Source: Prochlorococcus sp. MIT 0801 (GTDB lineage: Bacteria; Cyanobacteriota; Cyanobacteriia; PCC-6307; Cyanobiaceae). From it: 32,000 bases of DNA. The notes below the pieces were generated by a model that did no database searches, was not told the origin of the DNA, and was given only the letters and a program-made list of their open reading frames with translations. This document shows, one piece after another, positions 19,773-30,402 of this stretch (positions are counted from its first letter, which is position 1; each line of letters opens with the position of its first letter). The translations under genes and the position numbers were made by a program. The DNA is taken from contig NZ_CP007754.1 in the NCBI RefSeq assembly GCF_000757865.1, forward strand, positions 1 to 32,000, read 5' to 3'.

Positions 19773-20903
19773 ATGGCTGATTTTTACGATCTATTGGGTG
19801 TCAGCAGAGATGCTGATGCTGACACTTTAAAAAGAGCTTATAGACAGCAAGCTCGGAAATATCATCCTGACGTCAATAAGGAAGCAGGTGCAGAGGATAA
19901 GTTCAAAGAAATAGGCAAAGCATATGAAGTTTTAAGCGACTCTCAAAAGCGAGCTCGTTACGACCAATTTGGAGAAGCTGGAATAGGTGGGGCCGCTGGC
20001 ATGCCGGATATGGGAGATATGGGTGGCTTTGCAGATTTGTTTGATACCTTTTTTAATGGCTTTGGTGGTGCTAGTTCAGCTGGAGGTTCTCGCCCTCAAA
20101 GACGCGGACCACAACAGGGAGACGATTTACGTTACGACCTAACGATAGATTTTGATAAAGCTATTTCTGGACAAGAAAAAGAGATTACGGTCCCTCATTT
20201 AGAAACTTGTGATGTTTGCAGAGGCACTGGGGCTAAGAAAGGCACTGGTCCTGTTACTTGTCCTACATGTAGTGGTGCAGGTCAAGTAAGAAGAGCGACT
20301 CGTACACCTTTTGGAAGTTTTACTCAAGTCGCTGAATGTCCAACCTGTGGTGGTACTGGACAAGTGATTAAAGATCCTTGTAATGCTTGTGGAGGGAAAG
20401 GGGTTAAACAAGTAAGAAAAAAATTAAAAATTAATATTCCTGCTGGTGTTGATAGCGGAACACGATTAAGAGTCTCAGGAGAGGGTAATGCTGGATTAAA
20501 GGGTGGTCCATCTGGAGATCTATATGTTTTTTTAAAAGTTAAAAATCATCCTAATTTAAAGAGAGATGGATTGACAATTTTATCTGAAGTTAATATTAGT
20601 TACCTTCAGGCAATTTTAGGAGATACTATTGAAATAGAGACTGTAGATGGCCCTACTAAATTGCAAATTCCAGCAGGAACCCAACCTAACTCTATTTTGA
20701 ATTTAGAAAATAAAGGGGTGCCGAAACTAGGCAATCCAGTTGCTAGAGGTAATCATCAAGTCTCAGTAAAGATTAAATTACCTACAAAATTATCAGATTC
20801 TGAAAGAAATTTATTAGAAGAATTAGCTGGACATTACTCTGCACGTGGACCTCAACATCATTATCATAAAAGTGGCTTATTTAGTAAGTTATTTGGTAAA
20901 TAA
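19773..20903 (+). CDS. dnaJ: Molecular chaperone DnaJ (type I)
   Basis: 376 aa. J-domain with HPD (KYHPDVN), a G/F region, and four CxxCxGxG zinc motifs ([32 protein letters not shown]). Confidence 0.95.
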   Translation: MADFYDLLGVSRDADADTLKRAYRQQARKYHPDVNKEAGAEDKFKEIGKAYEVLSDSQKRARYDQFGEAGIGGAAGMPDMGDMGGFADLFDTFFNGFGGASSAGGSRPQRRGPQQGDDLRYDLTIDFDKAISGQEKEITVPHLETCDVCRGTGAKKGTGPVTCPTCSGAGQVRRATRTPFGSFTQVAECPTCGGTGQVIKDPCNACGGKGVKQVRKKLKINIPAGVDSGTRLRVSGEGNAGLKGGPSGDLYVFLKVKNHPNLKRDGLTILSEVNISYLQAILGDTIEIETVDGPTKLQIPAGTQPNSILNLENKGVPKLGNPVARGNHQVSVKIKLPTKLSDSERNLLEELAGHYSARGPQHHYHKSGLFSKLFGK

Positions 20904-20905
20904 TA

Positions 20906-21145
20906 GTGGAGAAAAATATCTTCATTGATCATTATTTAGATTTGAGTGGCCTTCCTTGTCCAGTAAATTTTGTTAAATGTTGTCTGGCTTTAGAAAACTT
21001 ATCGTCAAATCAAGTTTTAAAAGTAGATCTTGATAGAGGCGAAGCAGAAACTAGTGTTATCGATGGTTTGCAAGAGAAAGGTTATAAAGTAAAAATATTG
21101 ACTAAACACTCTAAAAAAGTATCTTTGATAATATCGAGTGAATAA
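20906..21145 (+). CDS. TusA/SirA-like small sulfur-carrier-family protein
   Basis: 79 aa. GTG start 2 nt after the dnaJ stop, with no in-frame ATG before the motif. LDLSGLPCPVNFVK matches the TusA CPxP active-site context. Confidence 0.75.
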   Translation: MEKNIFIDHYLDLSGLPCPVNFVKCCLALENLSSNQVLKVDLDRGEAETSVIDGLQEKGYKVKILTKHSKKVSLIISSE

Positions 21146-22076
21146 AAATAAACCTAATAAATCTAAAGGTATTGTTGTTGCACTGAAGGCAAATTTTTTA
21201 ATTGTTGAGATTGACTATTTAAATTTTAAGGACGATTCATTTGATCAATTGTATGAAAAAATTAGACTTTTATGCACTCGAAGAAGTAAGTTAGATTATC
21301 AAGGTTTATTTATAGATGTAGGGGATATAGTTTCCGTTGAGTCTATAGATTATAAAAACAAAATAGCTGTAATTTCAGAAGTGGGGCCGCGAAAAAGTTT
21401 TTTAAAACGTCCAGCGGTGGCAAACGTTACTTTATTATCTATTTGTATCTCAGTTGATGAGCCTTTATTTGATATTGAGCAAACAAGCCGTTTTTTATTA
21501 ACAGCTGAATGTGCAAATATAGAGCCTTTAATAATCTTAACCAAAATAGATTTAATTACAAAGAATGATTTAATTTTATATATAAATAAATTTAAATCTT
21601 GGGGGTATGATTGTTTACCTGTATCTATATATAATTCTCAGGGTATTGATTCATTAATAGAACGATTTCGAAAGACAAAATTAACTGTTCTTGCGGGTCC
21701 TTCTGGAGTAGGAAAGACAAGTTTAATTAATCATTTAATCCCATCCGTTTCTCTACCTACTTCAACTGTTTCAAAAAAATTAAAGAGAGGCACACATACG
21801 ACTAGACATGTCGAACTTTTTGCAATTGGAAATGGTTCACTTCTTGCTGATACACCAGGGTTTAATCGTCCAGAAATAGTATGTGAGCCAACTGGTTTTG
21901 CTTCTTTGTTTCCTGAGTTTCGAACACAGTTAGCCACATCACAATGTAAGTTCCGTAATTGCTTGCATAGAGATGAGCCGGGTTGTGTAATTAATAAAGA
22001 TCTTGAAAGATATTCTTTTTATCGTGAGAACCTTGAGGAAATGATTAATTCTCATCTCCCATACCAGGCAGGTTAA
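21138..22076 (+). CDS. rsgA: Ribosome small-subunit biogenesis GTPase RsgA (circularly permuted GTPase)
   Basis: 312 aa. Permuted motif order: TKID (G4), then GPSGVGKTS (G1), then DTPGF (G3). C-terminal Zn-finger [17 protein letters not shown] start overlaps the preceding ORF by 8 nt. Confidence 0.9.
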   Translation: MNKNKPNKSKGIVVALKANFLIVEIDYLNFKDDSFDQLYEKIRLLCTRRSKLDYQGLFIDVGDIVSVESIDYKNKIAVISEVGPRKSFLKRPAVANVTLLSICISVDEPLFDIEQTSRFLLTAECANIEPLIILTKIDLITKNDLILYINKFKSWGYDCLPVSIYNSQGIDSLIERFRKTKLTVLAGPSGVGKTSLINHLIPSVSLPTSTVSKKLKRGTHTTRHVELFAIGNGSLLADTPGFNRPEIVCEPTGFASLFPEFRTQLATSQCKFRNCLHRDEPGCVINKDLERYSFYRENLEEMINSHLPYQAG

Positions 22077-22392
22077 GTTTGAATCCACCGGTTAAATCTT
22101 CCATTCGCTCTTTCATTGTCGAAGTTGAAACTTCGTGAGCGGATTTCATAGCATCTAATATGGCTTTTTCGATTATTGCTTTGTCTTCAGAAAGAAGAGA
22201 TGGGTCAATTTTTACACGTAAAGGTTTTTGATTCCCTGACATCCATATCTTTGCCCTATTGTCATTATTTGTGCCCTCTATTTCCATAACTTCAAGCTCT
22301 TCTTGAAGTTTTTGGGCATTTTGCTGAATTTGTTGTGCTTTTTTAAAAGCTTCTGTGAGTTGTCCAAAATTTGGTAGTCCGAATCCAGCCAT
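22045..22392 (-). CDS. ybaB: Nucleoid-associated protein YbaB/EbfC family
   Basis: 115 aa. N-terminus [25 protein letters not shown] and overall size are typical of YbaB/EbfC. The 3' end overlaps rsgA by 32 nt. Confidence 0.85.
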   Translation of the reverse strand: MAGFGLPNFGQLTEAFKKAQQIQQNAQKLQEELEVMEIEGTNNDNRAKIWMSGNQKPLRVKIDPSLLSEDKAIIEKAILDAMKSAHEVSTSTMKERMEDLTGGFKLNLPGMGDEN

Positions 22393-22429
22393 GAGAATTT
22401 CCTATTGTTATTGATTTTAGGGTTTAAAT

Positions 22430-23305
22430 TTAAAAGCCACATTGTTTAACTTCTGTTTCTAACAAGATTCCATAAGAATCAAAAACTCTTTTCTTGACAT
22501 ATTTAATCAATTCTCTGACGTCATAAGAGGAAGCTTGGTTTGCGTTAATTATAAAATTTGAATGTATTTTGGATATTTCTGCTCCACCAAAACGAAATCC
22601 TTTTAAACCAATTTCTTCAATTAATTTTGCAGCTTTCAAAGGTTCTGGATTACGAAAAACACTGCCGCATGTTTGAGCTTGATAAGGTTGAGTTTTTAAT
22701 CGATGATTTAAGTTTTCATTTGTGACCTGTCGAATTTCTTCTGCATGACCTGACATCAGCTTGAGTCGAGCAGAGATAACAATTAATTTTTCATTTTGAA
22801 GCAGACTGTGTCGGTATCCAAAATTGAGATCCTTGCCCTTGATCATTTTGTATTCACCTGTCAAAGATAGCGTTGTAATACTCTCGAGATAGTTAGATAT
22901 GCAATCTTCTTGTGCCCCAGCATTCATAACTACAGCCCCACCAATTGTTCCTGGTATTCCTACAGCCCATTCGAAGCCATGAAGTCCACTCGCAGCCGCT
23001 TTTCTCGCCAGAGTAGGAAGCATTTCACCGCTAAGGACTTCGATAATTCCATTGTTTTTATCAATTTGAATTCCTTTGAAATTACGCATACATAGACTTA
23101 AACCTTTAATTCCTTTGTCATTTATTAAAAGATTTGATCCAGCACCAATAATATTGCAAGGAATTTTTTTCTTATTTATCCAAGTAATTAAATAATTAAT
23201 TTCTTCTATATTTTTTGGTTGAGCAATCCATTCTGCAGGACCCCCTATTCTCCAAGTAGTGAAATTTGATAAGGAAATATTTTTCTCTAATTTAATGGAA
23301 TTCAT
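22430..23305 (-). CDS. murB: UDP-N-acetylenolpyruvoylglucosamine reductase
   Basis: 291 aa. FTTWRIGGPAEW, GAGSNLL and the FAD-binding MurB pattern. Confidence 0.9.
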   Translation of the reverse strand: MNSIKLEKNISLSNFTTWRIGGPAEWIAQPKNIEEINYLITWINKKKIPCNIIGAGSNLLINDKGIKGLSLCMRNFKGIQIDKNNGIIEVLSGEMLPTLARKAAASGLHGFEWAVGIPGTIGGAVVMNAGAQEDCISNYLESITTLSLTGEYKMIKGKDLNFGYRHSLLQNEKLIVISARLKLMSGHAEEIRQVTNENLNHRLKTQPYQAQTCGSVFRNPEPLKAAKLIEEIGLKGFRFGGAEISKIHSNFIINANQASSYDVRELIKYVKKRVFDSYGILLETEVKQCGF

Positions 23306-23308
23306 TTA

Positions 23309-24793
23309 TTAAGCGGCTATATTATTGCTGATTAATTTATTATTGAGTAATTCTAAAAATAGATTTTCACATATTAGATTAATATCTCCTGCTCCCATTA
23401 TTAAAATCAAGTCTTTTTCAAGTGTATGTTTTTTTATTATTTTTATCACATCTTGATTGTTATCTGGTGTATATATTTCTAGGTTAGGTTTAATTTTTTT
23501 TAACTCATCTCCAATATTCTTATTATTTATATCTTCGACTTTATCTTCTCCAGCAGAGTAAATTGGAGTTATAATTACTAAATCAGATTGACTTAGACTT
23601 TTTGCAAATTCCTTTTGAAACTTTTGAGTTCTACTATATCGATGTGGCTGAAATATGGTAACTAATCTTCTAGGCAAAATTTTTGAAAGTTTATGTTTTG
23701 TCTTGATGATAGTAGATGCAATTGATATTGCAGCATCAATTTCGCTCGGATGATGAGCATAATCCTCAACTATTAATCTATTTTGCCATAATCCTTTAAA
23801 TTCAAACCTTCTTGAAGGGAGCTTTAAATTCTTAATTCCTTCTTTTATATCTTTGAAAAGAATTCCAGCTACTCTGCATGCAGCTATTGCAGCTACTGTA
23901 TTGCTTAAATTGTGTATTCCAGGAACTGGTATTTTTATAACATCAATAAACTTTTCTTTTTCATAATACTCTGCAATAATTTCATATCCATTAGATTCTT
24001 TCGGAATTAGTGCAAAATCTATATTATTAATTTTTTTAATCGAAAATAATTTAGAACTCTGTATATTATCTCTAAGATTTTCACAATCAAAATTAGTAAT
24101 TAAGCATTCACACTTTTGAGCAAATTGTTTCATTGTTTTTATTAAATCTTCTAGATCTAGATAATGATCAACATGTTCAAGTTCTAAATTCGTAATCAAT
24201 CCGATATTTGGATTAAAGTTTACTAACGATCCATCCGATTCATCTGCTTCTGCGATCAAAAATTCACTATTGCCAAAATTGTAGTTTTTTTTGTAGAGAG
24301 GTATAATTCCGCCTATGATAGCCGTCGGATTCTTATTGGCATATGAAAATAATGTTGTAATGTAAGTACTTGTAGTTGTTTTGCCATGAGATCCTGAGAC
24401 AATTATTGATCTTTTTTGTTCAATTAAAAAGGCCAATATTTCAGAACGATGTTTAATTGTTAAATTATATTTTCTTGCTTTAGATAATTCTGAATTATCT
24501 CGATGTATTGCTGAACTTCTAACAACTAATATATTTTTTCCATGGACTTTAAGAATTTCATCAATATTCGATTCTGCTTGGGTTGGAAAGGTGTGGACTT
24601 TATTTTCTGCTAATTTCTTTAAAGTTAGGTTTTTTTTCTGGTCAGAGCCAGAAATTGAATATCCTTTTTTCGCGAGAATCATTGCTAGAGCAGACATACC
24701 AATACCACCGATTCCAATAAAATGAATATGAGTTGGTAACTCTGTTGTTTTCTTCAATTTCACTTCAGTGTCCTTAGAAAGATAACTCTTCAT
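23309..24793 (-). CDS. murC: UDP-N-acetylmuramate--L-alanine ligase
   Basis: 494 aa. [12 protein letters not shown] Rossmann segment and the Mur ligase P-loop GSHGKTTTS. Lies 3 nt upstream of murB. Confidence 0.95.
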   Translation of the reverse strand: MKSYLSKDTEVKLKKTTELPTHIHFIGIGGIGMSALAMILAKKGYSISGSDQKKNLTLKKLAENKVHTFPTQAESNIDEILKVHGKNILVVRSSAIHRDNSELSKARKYNLTIKHRSEILAFLIEQKRSIIVSGSHGKTTTSTYITTLFSYANKNPTAIIGGIIPLYKKNYNFGNSEFLIAEADESDGSLVNFNPNIGLITNLELEHVDHYLDLEDLIKTMKQFAQKCECLITNFDCENLRDNIQSSKLFSIKKINNIDFALIPKESNGYEIIAEYYEKEKFIDVIKIPVPGIHNLSNTVAAIAACRVAGILFKDIKEGIKNLKLPSRRFEFKGLWQNRLIVEDYAHHPSEIDAAISIASTIIKTKHKLSKILPRRLVTIFQPHRYSRTQKFQKEFAKSLSQSDLVIITPIYSAGEDKVEDINNKNIGDELKKIKPNLEIYTPDNNQDVIKIIKKHTLEKDLILIMGAGDINLICENLFLELLNNKLISNNIAA

Positions 24794-24942
24794 TGATTTA
24801 AAGGCACATTTTTTAAAGAATTAGAGAGTTTTTGTACTTTTTATGTCCTTAACGCTTCAATTATTTTTCAAAATGCGCAGAAAATGATCATCGTTCTGTA
24901 TGATTAGCGGCCAGTAGCTTGTGCGGTTTTACCGTTTTTGAA

Positions 24943-25965
24943 ATGACCTTGCGTGTAGCGATTAATGGATTCGGAAGAATTGGACGCAATTTTATGCGTT
25001 GTTGGCTTAGTAGGGGTGCAAATACAAATATTGAGGTGGTCGGCATTAACGTCACTTCTGACCCAAAAACTTGTGCACATTTGCTCAAATATGACTCTAT
25101 TTTAGGTGCTATAAAAGACGCCGAAATTTCACATACAGACGATACATTTCAAATTAATGGCAAAACTATAAAATGTTACTCAGATAGAAACCCTTTAAAT
25201 CTTCCCTGGAAAGAGTGGGGAATTGATTTAGTAATTGAGTCAACAGGCGTATTTAATACAGATGTGGGTGCTAGTAAGCATCTACAAGTTGGGGCTAAGA
25301 AGGTCATTCTTACTGCACCTGGTAAGGGTGATGGTGTAGGTACATATGTTGTTGGTGTTAACGCTGATTCCTACTCTCATGAAGATTTTGATATCCTCAG
25401 CAATGCAAGTTGTACCACCAATTGTTTAGCTCCAATCGTAAAAGTTTTAGATCAAAAGTTGGGAATTAATAAAGGGTTAATGACCACGATTCATAGTTAT
25501 ACGGGAGATCAAAGAATTCTTGATAATGCTCATCGCGATTTACGTCGTGCAAGAGCAGCAGCAATGAATTTGGTCCCTACTTCAACCGGAGCGGCAAAGG
25601 CTGTTGCACTTGTTTATCCACAAATGAAAGGGAAATTAACTGGTATTGCGATGCGAGTCCCTACTCCTAATGTTTCTGCAGTTGATTTGGTTTTTGAATC
25701 AAGTCGTAAAACTAGTGCTGAAGAGGTCAATTCATTATTGAAAACTGCTTCACAGGGAGAAATGAAAGGAATCATTAAATATGGTGATTTGCCTCTGGTT
25801 TCTACTGACTATGCAGGAACGAATGAATCAACCATTGTTGATGAAGCTTTAACAATGTGTATCGATGACAATATGGTCAAAGTTTTAGCTTGGTATGACA
25901 ATGAGTGGGGTTACAGTCAAAGGGTTGTTGACTTGGCTGAAATTGTTGCTCAGAAATGGAAGTAA
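24943..25965 (+). CDS. gap2: Glyceraldehyde-3-phosphate dehydrogenase (Calvin-cycle type, Gap2-like)
   Basis: The ORF track starts at TTG 24919. ATG 24943 gives [17 protein letters not shown], the canonical GAPDH N-terminus. Active site is [12 protein letters not shown]. Confidence 0.9.
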   Translation: MTLRVAINGFGRIGRNFMRCWLSRGANTNIEVVGINVTSDPKTCAHLLKYDSILGAIKDAEISHTDDTFQINGKTIKCYSDRNPLNLPWKEWGIDLVIESTGVFNTDVGASKHLQVGAKKVILTAPGKGDGVGTYVVGVNADSYSHEDFDILSNASCTTNCLAPIVKVLDQKLGINKGLMTTIHSYTGDQRILDNAHRDLRRARAAAMNLVPTSTGAAKAVALVYPQMKGKLTGIAMRVPTPNVSAVDLVFESSRKTSAEEVNSLLKTASQGEMKGIIKYGDLPLVSTDYAGTNESTIVDEALTMCIDDNMVKVLAWYDNEWGYSQRVVDLAEIVAQKWK

Positions 25966-25981
25966 AAATTAAGTTATAGCG

Positions 25982-26965
25982 CTAAAAATGTCGAAATCTA
26001 CTGGATTGGTCAATTTTAGTTTGTTCTAAATTATCCCAGAAAATATTGGGTTTACCTTTTTTGATAAACCCAATAATTTTGGCATGTTTTAATTTATTTG
26101 ATAATGACTTTGCCCATTCTTTAGGAAGACTCAGTATCAATTCATAGTCCTCACCACCATTCAGGATCCATTCATCCCAAATATCATCTTCTGGCCAGTC
26201 GGGATATTTGAGAATAGAAGTTTTTGATAAAACTGCTTGACAATTACTGGCTTGGCAAATTCCTCTAATTGATTCAATTAGTCCATCGCTGCTATCAGTT
26301 CCTGCGGCTCTCCAACTCGTTGATTGAGGTTTACAAGCTATTAATGCTTTGAGTGCTTTTAATGCAGGATAGGGGCGTTTGTGTGCTTTGACAGCCTTAT
26401 TAATCAGCTCAGGACTTAGGTGGGATTCACTTGGCAGTTTCTCGGATGTTAAAAGGGCCAATCCTAGCCTACTTAATCCATGGAATCCAGTGCTAACAAT
26501 GTAATCTCCAGGTAAAGCATTTCCTCTATGTAGTCTGGGTAGATTCATTTCTCCAATTGCTGTAATTGAAATCATTTTTGTTTCTCCGCATGAGCAATCT
26601 CCACCGATTATTTCTCCTCCAAATTCTTGCATTGCTTCCCACATTCCTTCATATAGATTCTCAACCCATTTCCAATCTGTGTTTGGCGGCAAAACAAGCC
26701 CAACAGTAAAGGAAATTATATTTTCTGAGCCGCTGCAAATAAGATCAGAAATATTTGTGGTAATACATTTCCAGCCAATATCTTTAGCATTAGATATTTC
26801 ATCTGAAAAATGAATTTTTTCTACAAGTAAATCAGTATTAATTAATAAACTTTTATTTTTTGTATTTATTTCTGCGACATCATCATCTATTTGTCCGCAG
26901 CGCATAAACTTTTTTAAACGATTTAGTAATTCTATTTCACCTAAATCTTTAATTGTAGTTGTCAC
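25982..26965 (-). CDS. thiL: Thiamine-monophosphate kinase
   Basis: 327 aa. LGEIELLNRL opening and the AIR-synthase-related fold motifs (DDVAE, GGDCS) are typical of ThiL. Confidence 0.85.
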   Translation of the reverse strand: MTTTIKDLGEIELLNRLKKFMRCGQIDDDVAEINTKNKSLLINTDLLVEKIHFSDEISNAKDIGWKCITTNISDLICSGSENIISFTVGLVLPPNTDWKWVENLYEGMWEAMQEFGGEIIGGDCSCGETKMISITAIGEMNLPRLHRGNALPGDYIVSTGFHGLSRLGLALLTSEKLPSESHLSPELINKAVKAHKRPYPALKALKALIACKPQSTSWRAAGTDSSDGLIESIRGICQASNCQAVLSKTSILKYPDWPEDDIWDEWILNGGEDYELILSLPKEWAKSLSNKLKHAKIIGFIKKGKPNIFWDNLEQTKIDQSSRFRHF

Positions 26966-26977
26966 TTTGTTTCAAAT

Positions 26978-28054
26978 TTAAGCTTTAAGTTTTAGATTTT
27001 CTGAACCATTTAATACTGTAATCGAGATAATTTTATCATCTACTCCAAGTTTATTTAATATTTCTGAACCTTCTATGACGTAGCCAAAAGCTGCGTTTCT
27101 TCCATCAATAAGATTACGTCCAGCTGGATTTAATTCAGCTTCATATAAGAAGAAGAAAAACTGCGATGAACCATCATTTAAATCTGTATCAGAGTGAGCC
27201 CAGCCAAGTGTTCCTAAAGTTGCAAATGGAAGAACTGGGGTCTCAGTGTAAAGACCAACGTCTTCAAAAGTTTCTCCATAAAGTGTATCTTCCAAACTAG
27301 AAGTTCTTATTTCTAATGGAACTCTTCGCAACTCATTATTATCAGGGTCTATATATCCAATTGTTTCTCCTTTAGGATCCCCAGTTTGAAGAATAAAAAA
27401 CTCTTCAGCCCTATTGATTGGTAAACCATCGTAAAAACCTTTCATTGAAAGATCTATAAACGCACCAGCTGTAAGCGGAGCATTGTAACCATCAATAATT
27501 GCATTCATATTTCCTTTTGATGTTTTAATTTCTACATTTGCTCTACCTAAAAGTCTTGGTAGATTATTGTATTCACTGGGTATTTTATATGGGAAATTTT
27601 TTGTAATAAGAAGAGATTCTATATCATCAATTGTTTTTAAGCTTTGACGCCTTACGTCAAGAAATGAGACTTTATTTTTTTCGTTCGCTATTTGACCTAA
27701 CTCATCAAGCTCTTTTTTCAAATTAGAAAGTAGATTAGCCGCATTTTCTCTATTTTCCTCTGGCATTGAATCAAGAATTTGATTTTTTTTGTTACTGACT
27801 AGGAATTGACTTCTTGAAGTGGCTTTGCTGATAGCTGACCATCTACTTCCTCGAAGATCTTCACTGGTATCTTCTAGTTTGTTTTGTAATTCACGTAATT
27901 CTTTTTGGTCAATCGGTAAAGAATTTCTTAATATTGCGTATGGATCTTTCAATCGATTACCATTTGGAAGGCTTGCAACAGCAGGGTCAATCCATGGAGA
28001 GCTTAAAGAAAACAGGATTGTTATCAGGGCAAGAATGCAAATCTTTTTCGCCAT
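26978..28054 (-). CDS. Exported cyclophilin-type peptidyl-prolyl isomerase with long helical N-terminal domain (TLP40/CYP38-like)
   Basis: 358 aa. Signal-like N-terminus MAKKICILALITILFSLSSPWIDPAVA, a helical region of about 170 aa, and a C-terminal cyclophilin domain (GFYDGLPINR...SQFFF). Confidence 0.85.
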   Translation of the reverse strand: MAKKICILALITILFSLSSPWIDPAVASLPNGNRLKDPYAILRNSLPIDQKELRELQNKLEDTSEDLRGSRWSAISKATSRSQFLVSNKKNQILDSMPEENRENAANLLSNLKKELDELGQIANEKNKVSFLDVRRQSLKTIDDIESLLITKNFPYKIPSEYNNLPRLLGRANVEIKTSKGNMNAIIDGYNAPLTAGAFIDLSMKGFYDGLPINRAEEFFILQTGDPKGETIGYIDPDNNELRRVPLEIRTSSLEDTLYGETFEDVGLYTETPVLPFATLGTLGWAHSDTDLNDGSSQFFFFLYEAELNPAGRNLIDGRNAAFGYVIEGSEILNKLGVDDKIISITVLNGSENLKLKA

Positions 28055-28117
28055 GTTAATTCTATGTTTTGCATGACTTTGGCACAGACTTATGATCGAT
28101 TGGTATCTTTTGTGTGA

Positions 28118-28681
28118 ATGATTTCAAGTAACGACTTTCGCACTGGCACTACGATCGAGTTAGACGGTGCAGTTTGGCGTGTTATTGAATTTCTACATGT
28201 CAAGCCTGGTAAGGGTTCTGCCTTTGTTAGGACCAAATTAAAGGCCGTCGTGAGCGGTAGTGTTGTTGAAAAGACTTTTAGGGCTGGGGAAATGGTTCCT
28301 CAAGCTCTTTTAGAGAAATCAAAGTTGCAACACACTTATATGGACGGAGATGATTTTGTATTTATGGATATGACTTCTTATGAAGAAACTCGTCTATCAG
28401 CTAAACAAATTGGTGAAAGCAGGAAATATCTAAAGGAAGGTATGGAGGTTAATGTAGTGTCTTGGAATGAAAAACCTCTTGAAGTTGAATTGCCCAATTC
28501 AGTTGTTTTAGAAATAAAAGAAACTGATCCTGGCGTAAAAGGTGACACTGCTTCTGGAGGAACAAAGCCTGCAATCTTGGAAACAGGAGCCCAAGTAATG
28601 GTCCCATTATTTATTTCAATTGGTGAGAAAATTCGAGTAGACACTCGAAATGACAGTTATCTAGGCCGAGAAACACAATGA
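28118..28681 (+). CDS. efp: Translation elongation factor P
   Basis: 187 aa. [42 protein letters not shown] is the canonical EF-P N-terminus. Confidence 0.95.
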   Translation: MISSNDFRTGTTIELDGAVWRVIEFLHVKPGKGSAFVRTKLKAVVSGSVVEKTFRAGEMVPQALLEKSKLQHTYMDGDDFVFMDMTSYEETRLSAKQIGESRKYLKEGMEVNVVSWNEKPLEVELPNSVVLEIKETDPGVKGDTASGGTKPAILETGAQVMVPLFISIGEKIRVDTRNDSYLGRETQ

Positions 28682-29181
28682 CTATGAATCTTGATCACGA
28701 AGAGCTTCATCGCTTATTGGCAACTTTAGCTGAGAGTGATATTCAAGAGTTTCGACTTGAGGGAGAAGACTTTTGCTTGGAAGTTAAACGTAATCTTGGG
28801 ACTTCTTCAGATTCAATAACTTCCAATAGGAAAATCACTTCAGAAGACATTGATCCACCACTAACCCCAACTCAATCTAAAATTGATGCTTCTCCTGTAC
28901 AAAGCACCCCCCCTCCTTCCGTTCCAGGATCACGCTCTGATTTAGTTGAAGTTACAGCTCCTATGGTTGGGACCTTTTATCGAGCACCAGGCCCTGAAGA
29001 GCCCCCTTTCGTGGAGATTGGGTCCAGAATTACTGTAGGTCAAGCTGTTTGTATTCTTGAGGCAATGAAATTAATGAACGAATTAGAATCAGAGGTAAGC
29101 GGTGAAGTTATTGAAATTCTTGTAGAGAACGGAACACCAGTCGAGTTTGGTCAAGTTTTAATGAGATTAAAACCTGTGTAA
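28678..29181 (+). CDS. accB: Acetyl-CoA carboxylase biotin carboxyl carrier protein
   Basis: 167 aa. Biotinylation motif EAMKLMNE and a Pro/Ser-rich linker. ATGA overlap with the efp stop (alternative ATG at 28684). Confidence 0.95.
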   Translation: MTMNLDHEELHRLLATLAESDIQEFRLEGEDFCLEVKRNLGTSSDSITSNRKITSEDIDPPLTPTQSKIDASPVQSTPPPSVPGSRSDLVEVTAPMVGTFYRAPGPEEPPFVEIGSRITVGQAVCILEAMKLMNELESEVSGEVIEILVENGTPVEFGQVLMRLKPV

Positions 29182-29190
29182 ATTTTTTAT

Positions 29191-30216
29191 TTATTGAGAA
29201 AGGAGCCAAGCATTATTCATTGCTGCAATCATACTTTTTTCTCTTGCTTTGAATTTTCCTGCAATATCAAGAGCAGTCCCATGATCAGGTGATGTTCTCA
29301 CAAAAGGCAACCCAAGAGTTGTGTTAACAGCTTCATCAAAGGCAATTAGTTTGACAGGGATCAGACCTTGATCGTGATACAAAGCGAGTATTCCATCAGG
29401 TGCATTATTTTGACTTGAGGCGGCATTCCATGCATTTCCTGATGAAATCCAACAGGTATCTGGAGGTATGGGTCCACTAATTTTGATGCTTGGATTATCT
29501 AATTTCCATTCATTTAAAATAGGAATGATTAAGTTTTGTTCTTCTATTCCAATTTTTCCTTCTTCCCCTGCATGTGGATTTAAGCCGGCTATTTGTATTG
29601 ATGGCTTTTCTTTGAACTTACGACAGAAACTCAACAAGGTATCTAATTTATGCCTGATCAATGCTTTTGTTAAAGTATTATTTATTTTATTAAGTGGTAT
29701 ATGTGTTGTGGCTAATAAAGTATTAAATCTCCATCCATTATTTGGTGAGATAGCTGTAAAAAGCATAGATGTTTGTTTATTAGTTAATTTACCTAATAAA
29801 TCAGTTTGCCCTGCAAATTTATGACCAGCTTTATGCCAGGCAATTTTAGAAATAGGTGCTGTTACTAGAGCATTAGCTTTTCCCTCGGAAAGTATATTAG
29901 TTGCATTTACAAGCCATTTAAAGCTCGCTGAACCAGAATATTTGTCTACTATTCCTGGAATAACTTTATTTTCTAAAGGGATATCGATAATATCAAGCTT
30001 GTTCGGATCGGGAATATTATCTATTCCATGCTTAATTAACTTTGAATAGGTTTCATGAATATTATTTTCGCATCCAACAAGCAAAGGCTTTATATTTTTA
30101 TTTAACCTCTTAGAGCCAAGAGCTTTTAATGTTATTTCAGTCCCTATGCCTGCAGGATCTCCTAATGAAATAATAAGTTTAGTTTTCTTTTCTTTTGTAT
30201 TTTGAGATTTTGTCAT
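29191..30216 (-). CDS. pdxA: 4-hydroxythreonine-4-phosphate dehydrogenase
   Basis: GDPAGIG, NPHAGE and TSPDHGTA motifs. The ORF track extends to TTG 30255; I prefer ATG at 30216 (MTKSQNTKEKKTKLIISLGDPAGIG). The start is uncertain. Confidence 0.85.
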   Translation of the reverse strand: MTKSQNTKEKKTKLIISLGDPAGIGTEITLKALGSKRLNKNIKPLLVGCENNIHETYSKLIKHGIDNIPDPNKLDIIDIPLENKVIPGIVDKYSGSASFKWLVNATNILSEGKANALVTAPISKIAWHKAGHKFAGQTDLLGKLTNKQTSMLFTAISPNNGWRFNTLLATTHIPLNKINNTLTKALIRHKLDTLLSFCRKFKEKPSIQIAGLNPHAGEEGKIGIEEQNLIIPILNEWKLDNPSIKISGPIPPDTCWISSGNAWNAASSQNNAPDGILALYHDQGLIPVKLIAFDEAVNTTLGLPFVRTSPDHGTALDIAGKFKAREKSMIAAMNNAWLLSQ

Positions 30217-30402
30217 GTTTCGATTTTTTCTTTGGGGTTTTAATTTTTTAGCCAAGTGTTAAGTAAAAGTTGGCTTGCAATAGATTGGAATAAGTTTTTT
30301 AAAATATTGGGTTAATTTCATTTGACTTTAATTATTTAGTAACTAGGTTAAAATGACTTTTAAAATACATTTATTAATGATAATTTAAAAAAATAAAGAT
30401 TA

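Noticed and set aside
3840-28644. Remaining short ORFs in the six-frame track: 3840-4079, 9763-9951, 11183-11434, 14986-15180, 16513-16743, 17178-17399, 18457-18702, 20199-20411, 21350-21544, 21731-21937, 22910-23095, 24888-25088, 27819-28076 and 28378-28644
   Set aside because: Each lies within or largely overlaps a confidently identified gene on the opposite strand or in another frame, and none shows a recognisable motif.
29468-29824. 118-aa ORF antisense to pdxA
   Set aside because: It lies entirely inside a well-supported pdxA coding region. Its hydrophobic, low-information composition is typical of antisense frames in AT-rich genes.
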